64,000 nt of DNA from Nitrospira sp. (lineage in GTDB: Bacteria > Nitrospirota > Nitrospiria > Nitrospirales > Nitrospiraceae). A program made the position numbers and the translations under genes. Below are positions 35,485 through 45,426 of this stretch, piece by piece (positions within the stretch are counted from its first letter, which is position 1; every line of letters starts with the position of its first letter). The notes beneath the pieces were generated by a model. It saw only the letters and a program-made list of their open reading frames with translations, was not told where the DNA came from and did no database searches. The DNA lies in NCBI GenBank assembly GCA_047150005.1, contig AP038806.1, positions 3,712,001 to 3,776,000 on the forward strand, given 5' to 3'.

Positions 35485-35555
35485 CCGGGCTATCGCACAT
35501 CCGTTCTGTCCGTGCGCCGACTCCGGACCAGCCGGTCCGGTCATGATGCGACGAC

Positions 35556-36176
35556 ATGATGACGCCACGTAGATTCTCGATGATCCGTGAGTTCCACCTC
35601 GCGGATTTTCTGACGCTGGCCAACGCGGCCTGCGGAGTCGGCGCGGTTCTCTTTTGCATGCGGTACATGGGCAGCGGCGCCACGGCCGATTTTCTCGCGG
35701 CGGCGTCGCTTGTCCCCGGCGCGCTGCTCTTCGACTGGCTCGACGGCCGGGTCGCCCGCTGGCGGCACGAGCATACGGCGCTCGGGCGCGAGTTGGATTC
35801 TCTGGCCGACGTCATCTCGTTCGGCATGGCCCCGGCCGCACTCGGCTATGCCGCGGGCCTGCGCGGAGGCTGGGATTGGCTTGCCTTGACCTTCTTCGTC
35901 TGCTGCGGCGTGAGCCGCCTGGCCCGCTACAACGTTACGGCCGAAGAGCTCTCAGCCGGCGGCGACAAAGTGGCTTACTTCGAAGGGACACCGATTCCGA
36001 CCACCGTCCTGTTGGCCATTCTCCTGGCGATCAGCGCCTGGCAGGATCGACTGGGCGAGCGGCTCTATGGAGGTGTCTGGACGATCGGACCCGGCGATCT
36101 GCACCCCTTGTCATTGCTGTTCGTGCTCTCCGGCAGTCTCATGATCAGCAAGACCTTGAAGATTCCGAAGATCTGA
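35556..36176 (+). CDS. pssA: CDP-diacylglycerol--serine O-phosphatidyltransferase
   Basis: DWLDGRVAR..GRELDSLADVISFG CDP-alcohol phosphotransferase motif, RLARYN and FEGTPIP. Confidence 0.88.
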   Translation: MMTPRRFSMIREFHLADFLTLANAACGVGAVLFCMRYMGSGATADFLAAASLVPGALLFDWLDGRVARWRHEHTALGRELDSLADVISFGMAPAALGYAAGLRGGWDWLALTFFVCCGVSRLARYNVTAEELSAGGDKVAYFEGTPIPTTVLLAILLAISAWQDRLGERLYGGVWTIGPGDLHPLSLLFVLSGSLMISKTLKIPKI

Positions 36177-36234
36177 TCACTTGATCTGAGACCGGACCTG
36201 AGGGCGTGCGGCAAAAACATCGAAGGAACATCGG

Positions 36235-39200
36235 ATGAGAAAGTCCACAGGCCGCCTCCGCTATGCTCCCAGCGACCTGATCACCTTTTTAGCCTCTCCC
36301 TTTGCATCTTGGATGGATCGCTACCATCTGGAATGTCCCGGCACCGTCGCTCCCGACGAGCGGACCGACGAGGATCTCCTGATCGCCGGCACCGGTGCCG
36401 AGCACGAACGGTCCGTCCTCGAAGAATTCCGCACAGCCGGAGAAGGCCTGGTCGAGATCGCGAGCCGCGGCTTCGACCAGGCCCTGGCCGATACCAGATC
36501 AGCCGTGGCGGCCAAGGCTCCTGTGATCTACCAGGCCGCGCTCGAGGAAGGGGCTTTCTCGGGCTTCGCGGACTTCCTCGTGTTGGATCCGAACGAGGGT
36601 TATCAGGTCTGGGATACGAAGCTCGCCCGTAAGCCCAAACCCTACTATGCCGTTCAACTCTGCTGTTACACGGAGATGCTCGCCTCGATCACGGGGCGGT
36701 TGCCTGACACATTCGGCGTGATCCTGGGCAACAAGGAGCGGGTCACCTTTCGGATCGAATCCTTCATCCACTATTACCGCCACCTCAGAAAGAGGTTCTT
36801 CAAATTGCAGGCCGGCTTCACGGGCGATCCGAACGACTGTCCGAACCCGCTGCCTCGCGCCGACCACGGCCGCTGGACCTCCCATGCGGACCGCTTCTTT
36901 CGAGATCGGGACCACCTCATGTTGGTCGCCGGCATCACCACCGGCCAGATCAAGAAGCTCGTGAGAGCCGGCATCACCACTACGGCGCAGTTGGCCGACG
37001 CGTCCGACGTCAAGGTCCCGAGGCTCGATCAGGCCTCGCTGGAGAAGCTCGCGGCGCAGGCCAGACTCCAGCGGCAGACGAACGACGACCGCCTGGTTGA
37101 TCCGGCGGCTCCGCCCCGCTTCGAAGTCCTGCCGCACGTGGGCCGGAATGCCGAGCCGGTCGGGCTTGCGGCGCTGCCGCCGGAGGATCCGGGGGACGTC
37201 TGGTTCGACATGGAAGGCTATCCGCTGGTTCCGGGCGGCCTCGAATACCTCTTCGGTTGCTGTACGAAGGAACCGAATGCGCCAGGCTACCGGTATCGAG
37301 ATTGGTGGGCTCACGACAGGGATGGTGAAAAACGGGCCTTTGAGGGCTTCGTCGATTGGGTGTTCGACCGCTGGAAGACACATCCCGGCATGCATCTCTA
37401 TCACTACGCGGCCTACGAGCCGAGCGCCGTCCGGCGGCTGAGCACGCGCCACGACAGCCGGCAAGACGAGGTGGACACACTCCTCCGGCACGATGTGTTC
37501 GTGGATCTCTTCCGGATCGTCCGGCAGGGCTTGCGCCTTGGGGAGGAGAACTATTCAATCAAGTCCGTCGAGCTCCTGTACCGGGCCAAGCGGGCAACGG
37601 ACGTCGCGAGCGGATCCGATTCGATCGTCGCCTACAGCCGGTGGATCGAAAGCGGGGAGACGAACGACTGGCGGCAGAGCGCCACTCTCAAGGGAATCCG
37701 CGACTACAACGAGGACGACTGCCGCTCTACGGTCGAACTGCTCGCCTGGATGAGACAGTTGGCCGGGGCGCGGGGCGTCGTTCCACCGCCGCCGCAGCCG
37801 GAGCCGGCGCGGGAAATACAGCGCGAGATCCCGCAAGCCGTGACCGACCGGATCGAAACCGTGAAGCGGCTTCGGCAGAGCCAGGACGCGACAGCCCTGA
37901 CGCTCGCCGATCTGGTCGAATTCCACCGGCGTGAACAGAAGCCCATATGGTGGCGCCTGTTCGATCGCGCGGCCGCCACGCCGGATCAACGACGCGACGA
38001 TCCCGGCTGTCTCGAAGGCGTTCGGATAGACGGCCCCTGCTCGACGGACAAGCGGTCTCTCGTGCAGAGCTATCGATTCGATCCAGCGCAGGAATGCAAA
38101 CTGGCCGAAGCCGACCAGGTGAGGTTCGCCCACAACCTCGAGACCACCTTCACGATCGCCGACCTCGACGCGACGGCCGGACGTCTGACGCTCAAAATCG
38201 GCCAAAAAACCTTACAAGAGAAATGCGCGGGGCAGTTTCCCGTTGAAGGGGCACTGCTGCAAAACGAATTCATTTCGCCGGCGGGCATCCCGGATGCGCT
38301 GGTCGAGGTGGCGGCGTCCCACCTATCGGATGCGCTGTACAGACCGGTGACGGCACTCTTGACGAGACAGGCACCGGCCGCGCCGATGCACCAACAGTGC
38401 GAATCCACGATCGACGCGGCGCTGCGCATCGCCCGCGCCATGGAAGGAGGCTGTCTCGTCATCCAGGGTCCGCCTGGCACGGGCAAGACCTACGCCGCCT
38501 CACTGGTCATCGCGGCTCTCTTAGCGGAGGGCAAGAAGATCGGCATCACCTCCAACAGCCACAAGGCGGTGGGCAACCTGCTCGAGGCCTGCGGCAAGGT
38601 CTTGCGGCAGGCCGGCGGTAGGCTGCGGGGGATCAAGGTCGGTCGCGAGCGGGACGAAGAACTTCATCACGACAATCCGGACCTGGTCCCTGTCCAGGAC
38701 AGCAAGGATGCGATCGGTCTATGGAACGGAGGCGTGATCGGGGGCACGGCATGGCTCTTCAGCCGGAGCGAATGGATCGGCATGCTCGACTGTCTGTTCA
38801 TCGACGAAGCGGGGCAGGTTCCGCTCGCGAATGCGGTCGCGATGGCCAGGAGTGCCGGGAACCTCGTGCTGCTGGGCGATCAGATGCAACTGGAGCAGCC
38901 CGTGCAAGGCTCTCATCCGGGAGACGCAGGCCTGTCGGTTCTGCAATATGCCCTCAAAGACGCGTCCGCGAGCTTGCCGGACGTCCCCATCTTTCACGCG
39001 GTCGTGCCGCAGGATTATGGTCTCTTTCTCGGAGAATCGCGCCGCATGCATCCGTCGGTCTGCCGATTCATCTCCGACAGCATCTATGAAGGGCGCCTGA
39101 CCTCTCATCCCGATTGCGCCAAACAACGAATCCAAGTCAATCCCGCCAAGCGCCGGCTCATCCGCAAGGAGGCGGGCCTCGTCTTGAGTCCGGTCGAACA

Positions 39201-39651
39201 CGACGGGAACGTCCAACAAAGCGACGAGGAAGCGGAGCGGGTGCTGGCCATTTACCGAGAACTCCTGGGCCGTCCATATACGGATAAGGACGGGACGACC
39301 AGGCCCCTCGCGCTTTCGGATTTTCTCTTCATCGCGCCCTACAATGCCCAGGTGCGGGCGCTGGAGGGGGCCCTGCCGCAGGGTGCGAAGGTCGGCAGCG
39401 TGGACCGGTTTCAGGGCAGGGAGGCGCCGGTCTGTATCCTCTCCCTCTGTTCGAGTGCGGGCGAATATGGATCCCGCGGTCTGGGCTTCATCCTGGACCG
39501 CAACCGCATCAACGTGGCGGTCTCGCGCGCCCAATGTCTGGCCGTCGTGGTCGCGGATCCCCGCATTGCCGACTCGATCCCCGGCTCACTGGAGGAGATG
39601 ATGCTGCTCGACCTATTGTGCAAACTGCTCGAGACCTCGGCGCAGCCGTGA
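36235..39651 (+). CDS. TM0106-family RecB-like nuclease fused to RNase H-like and SF1 (DNA2/NAM7) helicase domains
   Basis: N-terminal ADFL..DTKLAR..QL nuclease motif; FDMEG, HYAAYE and YNEDDC RNase H-like motifs; GPPGTGKT, IDEAGQ, GDQMQL and VDRFQGRE helicase motifs. Confidence 0.88.
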   Translation: MRKSTGRLRYAPSDLITFLASPFASWMDRYHLECPGTVAPDERTDEDLLIAGTGAEHERSVLEEFRTAGEGLVEIASRGFDQALADTRSAVAAKAPVIYQAALEEGAFSGFADFLVLDPNEGYQVWDTKLARKPKPYYAVQLCCYTEMLASITGRLPDTFGVILGNKERVTFRIESFIHYYRHLRKRFFKLQAGFTGDPNDCPNPLPRADHGRWTSHADRFFRDRDHLMLVAGITTGQIKKLVRAGITTTAQLADASDVKVPRLDQASLEKLAAQARLQRQTNDDRLVDPAAPPRFEVLPHVGRNAEPVGLAALPPEDPGDVWFDMEGYPLVPGGLEYLFGCCTKEPNAPGYRYRDWWAHDRDGEKRAFEGFVDWVFDRWKTHPGMHLYHYAAYEPSAVRRLSTRHDSRQDEVDTLLRHDVFVDLFRIVRQGLRLGEENYSIKSVELLYRAKRATDVASGSDSIVAYSRWIESGETNDWRQSATLKGIRDYNEDDCRSTVELLAWMRQLAGARGVVPPPPQPEPAREIQREIPQAVTDRIETVKRLRQSQDATALTLADLVEFHRREQKPIWWRLFDRAAATPDQRRDDPGCLEGVRIDGPCSTDKRSLVQSYRFDPAQECKLAEADQVRFAHNLETTFTIADLDATAGRLTLKIGQKTLQEKCAGQFPVEGALLQNEFISPAGIPDALVEVAASHLSDALYRPVTALLTRQAPAAPMHQQCESTIDAALRIARAMEGGCLVIQGPPGTGKTYAASLVIAALLAEGKKIGITSNSHKAVGNLLEACGKVLRQAGGRLRGIKVGRERDEELHHDNPDLVPVQDSKDAIGLWNGGVIGGTAWLFSRSEWIGMLDCLFIDEAGQVPLANAVAMARSAGNLVLLGDQMQLEQPVQGSHPGDAGLSVLQYALKDASASLPDVPIFHAVVPQDYGLFLGESRRMHPSVCRFISDSIYEGRLTSHPDCAKQRIQVNPAKRRLIRKEAGLVLSPVEHDGNVQQSDEEAERVLAIYRELLGRPYTDKDGTTRPLALSDFLFIAPYNAQVRALEGALPQGAKVGSVDRFQGREAPVCILSLCSSAGEYGSRGLGFILDRNRINVAVSRAQCLAVVVADPRIADSIPGSLEEMMLLDLLCKLLETSAQP

Positions 39652-39690
39652 TCGGGACCTCCTCCATCGTCGCCGCAATTACGACAATGC

Positions 39691-40860
39691 TCAACGGCTC
39701 CCGACCTGCATCTTGGTGTCCCGGAAATGATTCGGCAGCGGCATGATGCAGTTGGGGTTGAACCCCGCGGCCTTCAACGTATCGATGCTGCCGATGACCT
39801 TGTCGTTCTTGAGGTCGATCACGGTGATCGATCCGTCGCTCATGCCTTCCAGATTGAGCAGGCTGTTCTGGACGAACAGGTATCGCTCGTCCGGAGACAG
39901 CACCGTATGGTGCGCGCCGGCGGCGGCAGGAATCGTCTTAAGGAACTTCGGATGCGTGGGATCGCTGTTGTCGTACAGATTGACGAATCCCGGCTTGGCC
40001 GTCGTGACGTACAAGCGGTCACCCTTGGCGTTGTACATCATCTCGAGCGGCATGCCTTGACCGCGCGGTGCGAAATCATCGACCTGATGGAAGGAGAATT
40101 CCTTGGTCTTCGGATCCCAGACCCCGGCCCAGAGCGTCGCTTCCAACATGTTGGTGATATGCACCACCGGCGGAGCGGCATTCGGCGCGAACATGATTTC
40201 GACCGGCGCGGATTTCCCCTCCGGCTTCGCCGTAAGCTTATGCGTCGACAGTACCTTGCCGGTGCTGGCTTCCAACACCGTGACCGTCTCACCTTGTTCC
40301 GACATGTCCGGCTTGACCGTGCTGGTGACGAGCACCCGGTCGATGCCGTTGTGAATCGCGATGCCGTGCGGATAGAGCACGAAGGCCTTCGGATCCGACG
40401 AGCTCAAGGTCTTGATCGGCTTGTCCTTCACGGCGTCGCCCATGATCACATTGCTCGAGCCCATGCAGGTGAGGTACCAGGTCTTGTTGTCCTCCGACAC
40501 CACCAGATCCTCGCCGACCTGACAGTCCGGCACGTCGATCGCGCGCAGGCGGTAGGGGAACGTCGTGAGATCCACGACGTGCAGGATGCTCTTCCCCAGA
40601 GCCGTGATATAGGCCTTGGTGCGATCGCGGTTGAAGAAAATATGGTGGGCGACCAGATCGGACGGCAGTGGAATCTCCATCAGGATTTTCCCGAAGTCCT
40701 GCGACTCGGGATCGATCTCCATGATGGCGATGCCTTCGCGCCGCACCTTTTGGTCCGGCTTGCTTTCATAGTTCAACAGCGCGAGCAGCTCGGCCGCGGC
40801 GAGCGACGTGCAGGACAGCAGCAGGCCGAGGGTCAAGGAGAGGAGCCTGATCGGTTTCAT
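39691..40860 (-). CDS. Exported YncE/YVTN-like beta-propeller, copy 1
   Basis: Signal peptide after AAGGAGG RBS (ATG 40860); repeated propeller blades with AHH, PHG and GAHH. Confidence 0.8.
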   Translation of the reverse strand: MKPIRLLSLTLGLLLSCTSLAAAELLALLNYESKPDQKVRREGIAIMEIDPESQDFGKILMEIPLPSDLVAHHIFFNRDRTKAYITALGKSILHVVDLTTFPYRLRAIDVPDCQVGEDLVVSEDNKTWYLTCMGSSNVIMGDAVKDKPIKTLSSSDPKAFVLYPHGIAIHNGIDRVLVTSTVKPDMSEQGETVTVLEASTGKVLSTHKLTAKPEGKSAPVEIMFAPNAAPPVVHITNMLEATLWAGVWDPKTKEFSFHQVDDFAPRGQGMPLEMMYNAKGDRLYVTTAKPGFVNLYDNSDPTHPKFLKTIPAAAGAHHTVLSPDERYLFVQNSLLNLEGMSDGSITVIDLKNDKVIGSIDTLKAAGFNPNCIMPLPNHFRDTKMQVGSR

Positions 40861-41070
40861 GGGAGCCTCCTTTGTTGAGAGCGGCTGAGCAGAAGCACCG
40901 TACTCCTCTCCGCAGGTACAAGCAATGTCTGACATGACGGAATCGCTGCGCACGGGATCCTCCGGTCTCATTCTCTTACCGGAGGACGTGCTTTCTCCGT
41001 TCCTTCGGCGTATTCTTAGAAGAGCGGCACGCCGCCGATCCCCAACAACATCCACGAAGCAGGTACGCAG

Positions 41071-42720
41071 ATGAAAGTCATCATAGGTCTCCTGATCGGT
41101 CTCGTGCTGCTGGTCGGCGTCGTCCTGTCGCTGCCCTTTCTGATCGACCTCAACAAGTATCAGGACCAGTACAAACCGCTCATTGAGGAGGCGCTCAACC
41201 GCAAGGTTCAGCTACAAGACATTCGGCTCACGATCTGGCCGCGGATCGGCGCCAGAGTGTCAGGCTTCACCGTGCTGGACGATCCGGCTTTCGGTGGAGG
41301 CTCCTTTGCCTCTCTCGGGTCGCTCGATGTGGGAGTCAAGCTCATGCCGTTGCTCGGGGGACAAGTGGAGATCGAAGAGATCACGCTCCGGGATCCGGTC
41401 ATTACGGTCATCAAGCACAAGAACGGCGTGCTGAACGTCTCGACCATCGGCCGCACCGGCGTGGCCGCGCCGCAGAAACCCTCCCGGGCGCCGGTCCCCT
41501 CCCCGGAAGGTCCGCTCAAGATCCTGGCCATGCTGGCCGTCGACCACGTGTCCATTGAAGGAGGGAAACTTACCTATCGGGATCTGTCGGCCGCCAAGCA
41601 GACCGAGTATGTCCTGCAGGATATGGAGATCCTGCTCCAATCTGTTCAGCTCGGCGAGACTCCCACCCTTCATTTCCGCACGCTGGTCCAACCGCTGAAC
41701 CTTCCGGTCCGGCTGGACGGCGCCTTCGGCCCGTTGAAGGAATCCGCCGACCTCGATGCGATCAGGTTTAAACTCGCGCTCGGCAAGATCGACGCCATCA
41801 TCGTCGGCAAGACGTCCGGGCGGAACGCCAACGTGAACGTCAGTGCGCCGATGATCAACACGGCCGATCTGCCGATCGCTCTCCCGTTGCAGAAGCCGGT
41901 CGAGGTGAGCAATCTCGAGATCGCCGCCGAGGTGCAAGGGCAGGAAGTCCTGCTCCGCAACGCGTCATTGCAAATCTTCGGCGGGCAGGTGGCGGCGCAG
42001 GGAACGCTCACCTCCGGCTCCGAGACCCCGCCCTTCGCCGGGAAGCTCAAGGTGCAGGGCATCCAGCTCGGCCCGGCGCTCAACGCATTGGCCACGACCC
42101 AGGTATCGATGAGCGGCATCACGGATGCGGATATTTCATTGCAAGGTCAAGGCTTTGCCATGCCTGACCTCACAAAACACTTGAAGGGATCAGGACATCT
42201 CTCCATCAAGGAGGGGAAGGTCGAACAGGTGAGTCTGCTGGAGGAAGCGCTGGCCATCTTAAAGGTGGCCGGCATCCAGATCGATCATCCCAAGACCACT
42301 GTCTTCTCCACGATCCAGACCGACATGGCCGTCGAGGAGGGCACAGTCCAACTGCGGAACCTCTTGATGGACAGTCACGACTTCCAGGCCACCGGAGGCG
42401 GGACGGTCGGCTTCGATCAGGCGTTGAATCTGCTCGTGAATCTCAACCTGTCGCAGGATCTCAGCGGAAAGATCGCCGGCTCCTCACCGACCGCCAGGGT
42501 GGCCATGAAAGACGGCCGCCTGCGCCTGCCACTGACGATCAAGGGGACGACCCACGCGCCCTCATACGGCATCGATCTCAAGGCCCTCACGGGCAGCGTC
42601 CAAGAACAGGCCAAGAAGAAAGCCGAAGACACGGTCAAGGGCCTGCTGAAAGGCACGATCAAGCCGAAGGACCTCGAACAGCAGGGAAAAGACTTCCTCA
42701 AGGAGCTTTCGATTCCCTAG
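41071..42720 (+). CDS. AsmA family protein
   Basis: N-terminal TM anchor, IDLNKYQ..IEEALNRKV, VKLMPLLGGQVEIEEITL and an AsmA-like C-terminal region. Confidence 0.85.
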   Translation: MKVIIGLLIGLVLLVGVVLSLPFLIDLNKYQDQYKPLIEEALNRKVQLQDIRLTIWPRIGARVSGFTVLDDPAFGGGSFASLGSLDVGVKLMPLLGGQVEIEEITLRDPVITVIKHKNGVLNVSTIGRTGVAAPQKPSRAPVPSPEGPLKILAMLAVDHVSIEGGKLTYRDLSAAKQTEYVLQDMEILLQSVQLGETPTLHFRTLVQPLNLPVRLDGAFGPLKESADLDAIRFKLALGKIDAIIVGKTSGRNANVNVSAPMINTADLPIALPLQKPVEVSNLEIAAEVQGQEVLLRNASLQIFGGQVAAQGTLTSGSETPPFAGKLKVQGIQLGPALNALATTQVSMSGITDADISLQGQGFAMPDLTKHLKGSGHLSIKEGKVEQVSLLEEALAILKVAGIQIDHPKTTVFSTIQTDMAVEEGTVQLRNLLMDSHDFQATGGGTVGFDQALNLLVNLNLSQDLSGKIAGSSPTARVAMKDGRLRLPLTIKGTTHAPSYGIDLKALTGSVQEQAKKKAEDTVKGLLKGTIKPKDLEQQGKDFLKELSIP

Positions 42721-42833
42721 CCGCATGATTCATGAAGCTTCGTGACGAAACTGCGGAGACGCCATGCGGGCCTGATCTGCACGTTTCCGGCATCGACGAC
42801 GCGTGGTCGTTCACACCTCGCAGGAGACCTGAC

Positions 42834-43562
42834 ATGCTGTCTCTCCCTCGCATCCTGCTCATCGGAATGATCGTGGTCCTCTGCGGCTGCCCCGCGACGA
42901 AACAGGCGCGTACTGTGGACAAGCTGGGATTCTTGAAGGACCTCTATCCCATCATGACGAAGGGCAATGAGGACGCGGGGGAATCGCTGCTGATCTACAA
43001 GAATCCCAGGGTCCCCTCGATCCCGCCCAACTCCTACACGAAAATCCTGCTGGATCCGGTCCTGATCTTTCGCGGCCCGCAATCGAAGATGGCGGGCATC
43101 TCTCAGACCGAGACACAAATGCTCGCCGACACGTTCTACGCGCTGATCTATCAGGAGGTCTCCAAAGATTTCGAGATGGTCGAGAAGCCCGGGGCGAGCA
43201 CGTTGCGCGTGCAGGTCGCGGTCACCCACCTCGAGGAGTCTTGGCCGATGCTCGACGTGATTTCGAACGTGCCGGCTCCGATGAATGCGCTGGCGGCAGG
43301 ATCGGTCCTGAAGACCATCGCGACCGGCAAGCCGGCCTTCACCGGCGAAGCCGTGATCGAAGCCAAAGTCACGGACGCTCAAACAGGCGAGGTGCTGCGG
43401 GCTTTGGTCGATCGGCGGGTCGGAACGAAGAAGCTCGAAGCCCAATCCTTCAATTCGTGGGCCGACGTCTATGAGTCGCTGCGCTATTGGGCGGAAAACG
43501 GCCGTTACCACCTGTGCAAGGCCCGTCAGATTCGCACCGACTGTCCCACACCCCGGGCTTGA
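42834..43562 (+). CDS. DUF3313-like lipoprotein
   Basis: AGGAG RBS, lipobox LCGC, GFLKD, YTKILLDPV and EAKVTDAQTGEVL..VDRR motifs. Confidence 0.8.
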   Translation: MLSLPRILLIGMIVVLCGCPATKQARTVDKLGFLKDLYPIMTKGNEDAGESLLIYKNPRVPSIPPNSYTKILLDPVLIFRGPQSKMAGISQTETQMLADTFYALIYQEVSKDFEMVEKPGASTLRVQVAVTHLEESWPMLDVISNVPAPMNALAAGSVLKTIATGKPAFTGEAVIEAKVTDAQTGEVLRALVDRRVGTKKLEAQSFNSWADVYESLRYWAENGRYHLCKARQIRTDCPTPRA

Positions 43563-43873
43563 GCCTCTCACACACATCGAATCGCGGAATCGCGCGGACC
43601 GATTCTGCTTCAAACCTGTATCGCAGCGTTGATCGTGCGAGCGCCTCCCAGTCTACCGTCGTTGCGCCGACCGGCCGTCCTCTTGTGCGTGTTTTCTGAC
43701 TGACACCTGGATCAGCCAAGCGAGGCACTGCCTGCGTCCTGTGCGTTAACGCGCGTGCGCAGTGAGCGAGTTCGCGCAGATTTCCACCCTCGCCCATCCA
43801 GAGCAGAATCCTGTTCGAGTGCTATAGTTTCAAACATCAACGGCGCCGCAACGACACACGAAGAGGAGTACGC

Positions 43874-44269
43874 ATGCGACACATCACATGGTTGAGCATC
43901 GCGATGCTGACGATGACCGTGCTCGCAACGCCGTCACCGGCCGGCGTTGCTTTGAGACTCCATTCGCTGCTCACTCACCCTGAGTCGTATCAAGCGAACG
44001 TGATCCAAATCACGGGAATCGTATCCAACCATCAGTTCAAACACGTCAAAAAATGGGCGGCCAATGTGGATAAATGCATTCAGACCTTCACCGTGACGGA
44101 CGGAGCCGATTCGATTCAAGCGGTGTACGGAGCGAACTGCGCCGGAGCGCTGGATTTGCTTCGAAACCGCGACCGCGTCACGCTGGAAGCTCGTTTCGAT
44201 TGGGCACCCGGGAAGGAGGGAACGCTCACTGTGCAATCGGTGCTGTCGAAGATCACACCGTACCCGTAA
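43874..44269 (+). CDS. Exported OB-fold-like hypothetical protein
   Basis: GAGGAG RBS, signal peptide, LLTHPESYQ...ITGIV and DRVTLEA. Confidence 0.72.
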   Translation: MRHITWLSIAMLTMTVLATPSPAGVALRLHSLLTHPESYQANVIQITGIVSNHQFKHVKKWAANVDKCIQTFTVTDGADSIQAVYGANCAGALDLLRNRDRVTLEARFDWAPGKEGTLTVQSVLSKITPYP

Positions 44270-44411
44270 GATTCACCGACCGTCTGCTTCCTGCGCAACC
44301 GGACCCTCTCCCTCCGTCTCCTCCATATCGAGATTCTTTTAGACCTCTTCCAGCGCTCCACACCTCACATTGCAAATCGACATGCGGACCCACTCCCGAG
44401 GCTTCGGGCAG

Positions 44412-44498
44412 GATTGCATTTCTACCCTCAAGTAGATCAAGCTCTTACCGTCCGGTTGGCTCGTGTATTGGCTTGGCGAAATTTCCTGCGCAGGATCA
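44412..44498 (+). pseudogene. Degenerate copy of the WYL gene promoter and 5' end
   Basis: Aligns without gaps for about 76 nt to 46990-47065; the ATGCC start is deleted in this copy. Confidence 0.7.
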
Positions 44499-44606
44499 CA
44501 TGGCATATGGCGGCTAGGGGGCTTACTAGTTCAGCCTGCAGCCCCGACAGTGCAGTATTAGCGATTGCGCAACCGGCAAAGGCTGAGGGACGGGAGGCCC
44601 TCAACT

Positions 44607-44843
44607 ATGAATATTCGGCGCTCTGTGAGCCAATTTGTGTCGCAAGGCAATGACATATTTCATCAGCTTCGCTCCGAAGGCGAGGTTCTGTCGGACGTGG
44701 ATTTGGTGACACTTCGAGAGCAGCTGTACATTCTCGATACGGAGGCCGATCATTTGCAGAATCTCAAGCAACCCCGTTCGGAGACGTCCCGCTCAATCCC
44801 TTACGGTCGTGGGCACACTGCGAGAACCGGGCGTCACAACTGA
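44607..44843 (+). CDS. Small helical hypothetical protein
   Basis: GGGAGG RBS before ATG 44607 (MNIRRSVSQFVSQG...). Confidence 0.6.
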   Translation: MNIRRSVSQFVSQGNDIFHQLRSEGEVLSDVDLVTLREQLYILDTEADHLQNLKQPRSETSRSIPYGRGHTARTGRHN

Positions 44844-44913
44844 TCGTCATGGTCGAGGATCGCGCACGTCGGTCTGCCTAGCTGTATCCGCAAGCCGCAC
44901 TGTTATCGTGAGA

Positions 44914-45351
44914 ATGATGATGCTGTGGATCGTCTTCCTGCTGCTAGCCGTACTACCGGGGTGTGGCCATCATGATTTGGACGCGCTCCGTGCCAGTGCG
45001 CCCGATCTCATGCAAGAGGTCATTGGTCCCTATGACGGCCTCTCGAAATGCACCAAAGAACGGTTCGACCAACACAAATCAGCCAGTCTCACCCTGTCGG
45101 AAAATCCGGACAGGGGTGTCAATCGACTCGCGATGCTCAGAACCCGTCAGGGCTTTCTCACCAAACGGGGCCAAGACGCCCTCTTCGAGTTCACCTTCGT
45201 TCGACAATCCGCAAGGTCCACGTTGGTCGAATTCCGCACTGTCGGTTCGACCGACCAGTCCGATCCGGCCTGGCAAGCCATTGCCGAGTGCTCCAGCTAC
45301 ATGAGGATTGAACCGCCAGCTTCCCCGTCGCCTGCCCTTGGGACATCGTGA
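44914..45351 (+). CDS. Hypothetical lipoprotein
   Basis: Hydrophobic stretch and lipobox LPGC; start uncertain. Confidence 0.6.
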   Translation: MMMLWIVFLLLAVLPGCGHHDLDALRASAPDLMQEVIGPYDGLSKCTKERFDQHKSASLTLSENPDRGVNRLAMLRTRQGFLTKRGQDALFEFTFVRQSARSTLVEFRTVGSTDQSDPAWQAIAECSSYMRIEPPASPSPALGTS

Positions 45352-45426
45352 GCGGTCTGACGGAACTTTTCGCAGGCGGCACGTGCACGCATCGTTCAGG
45401 CGTGCACGTGTGCAACATTCAACTCC

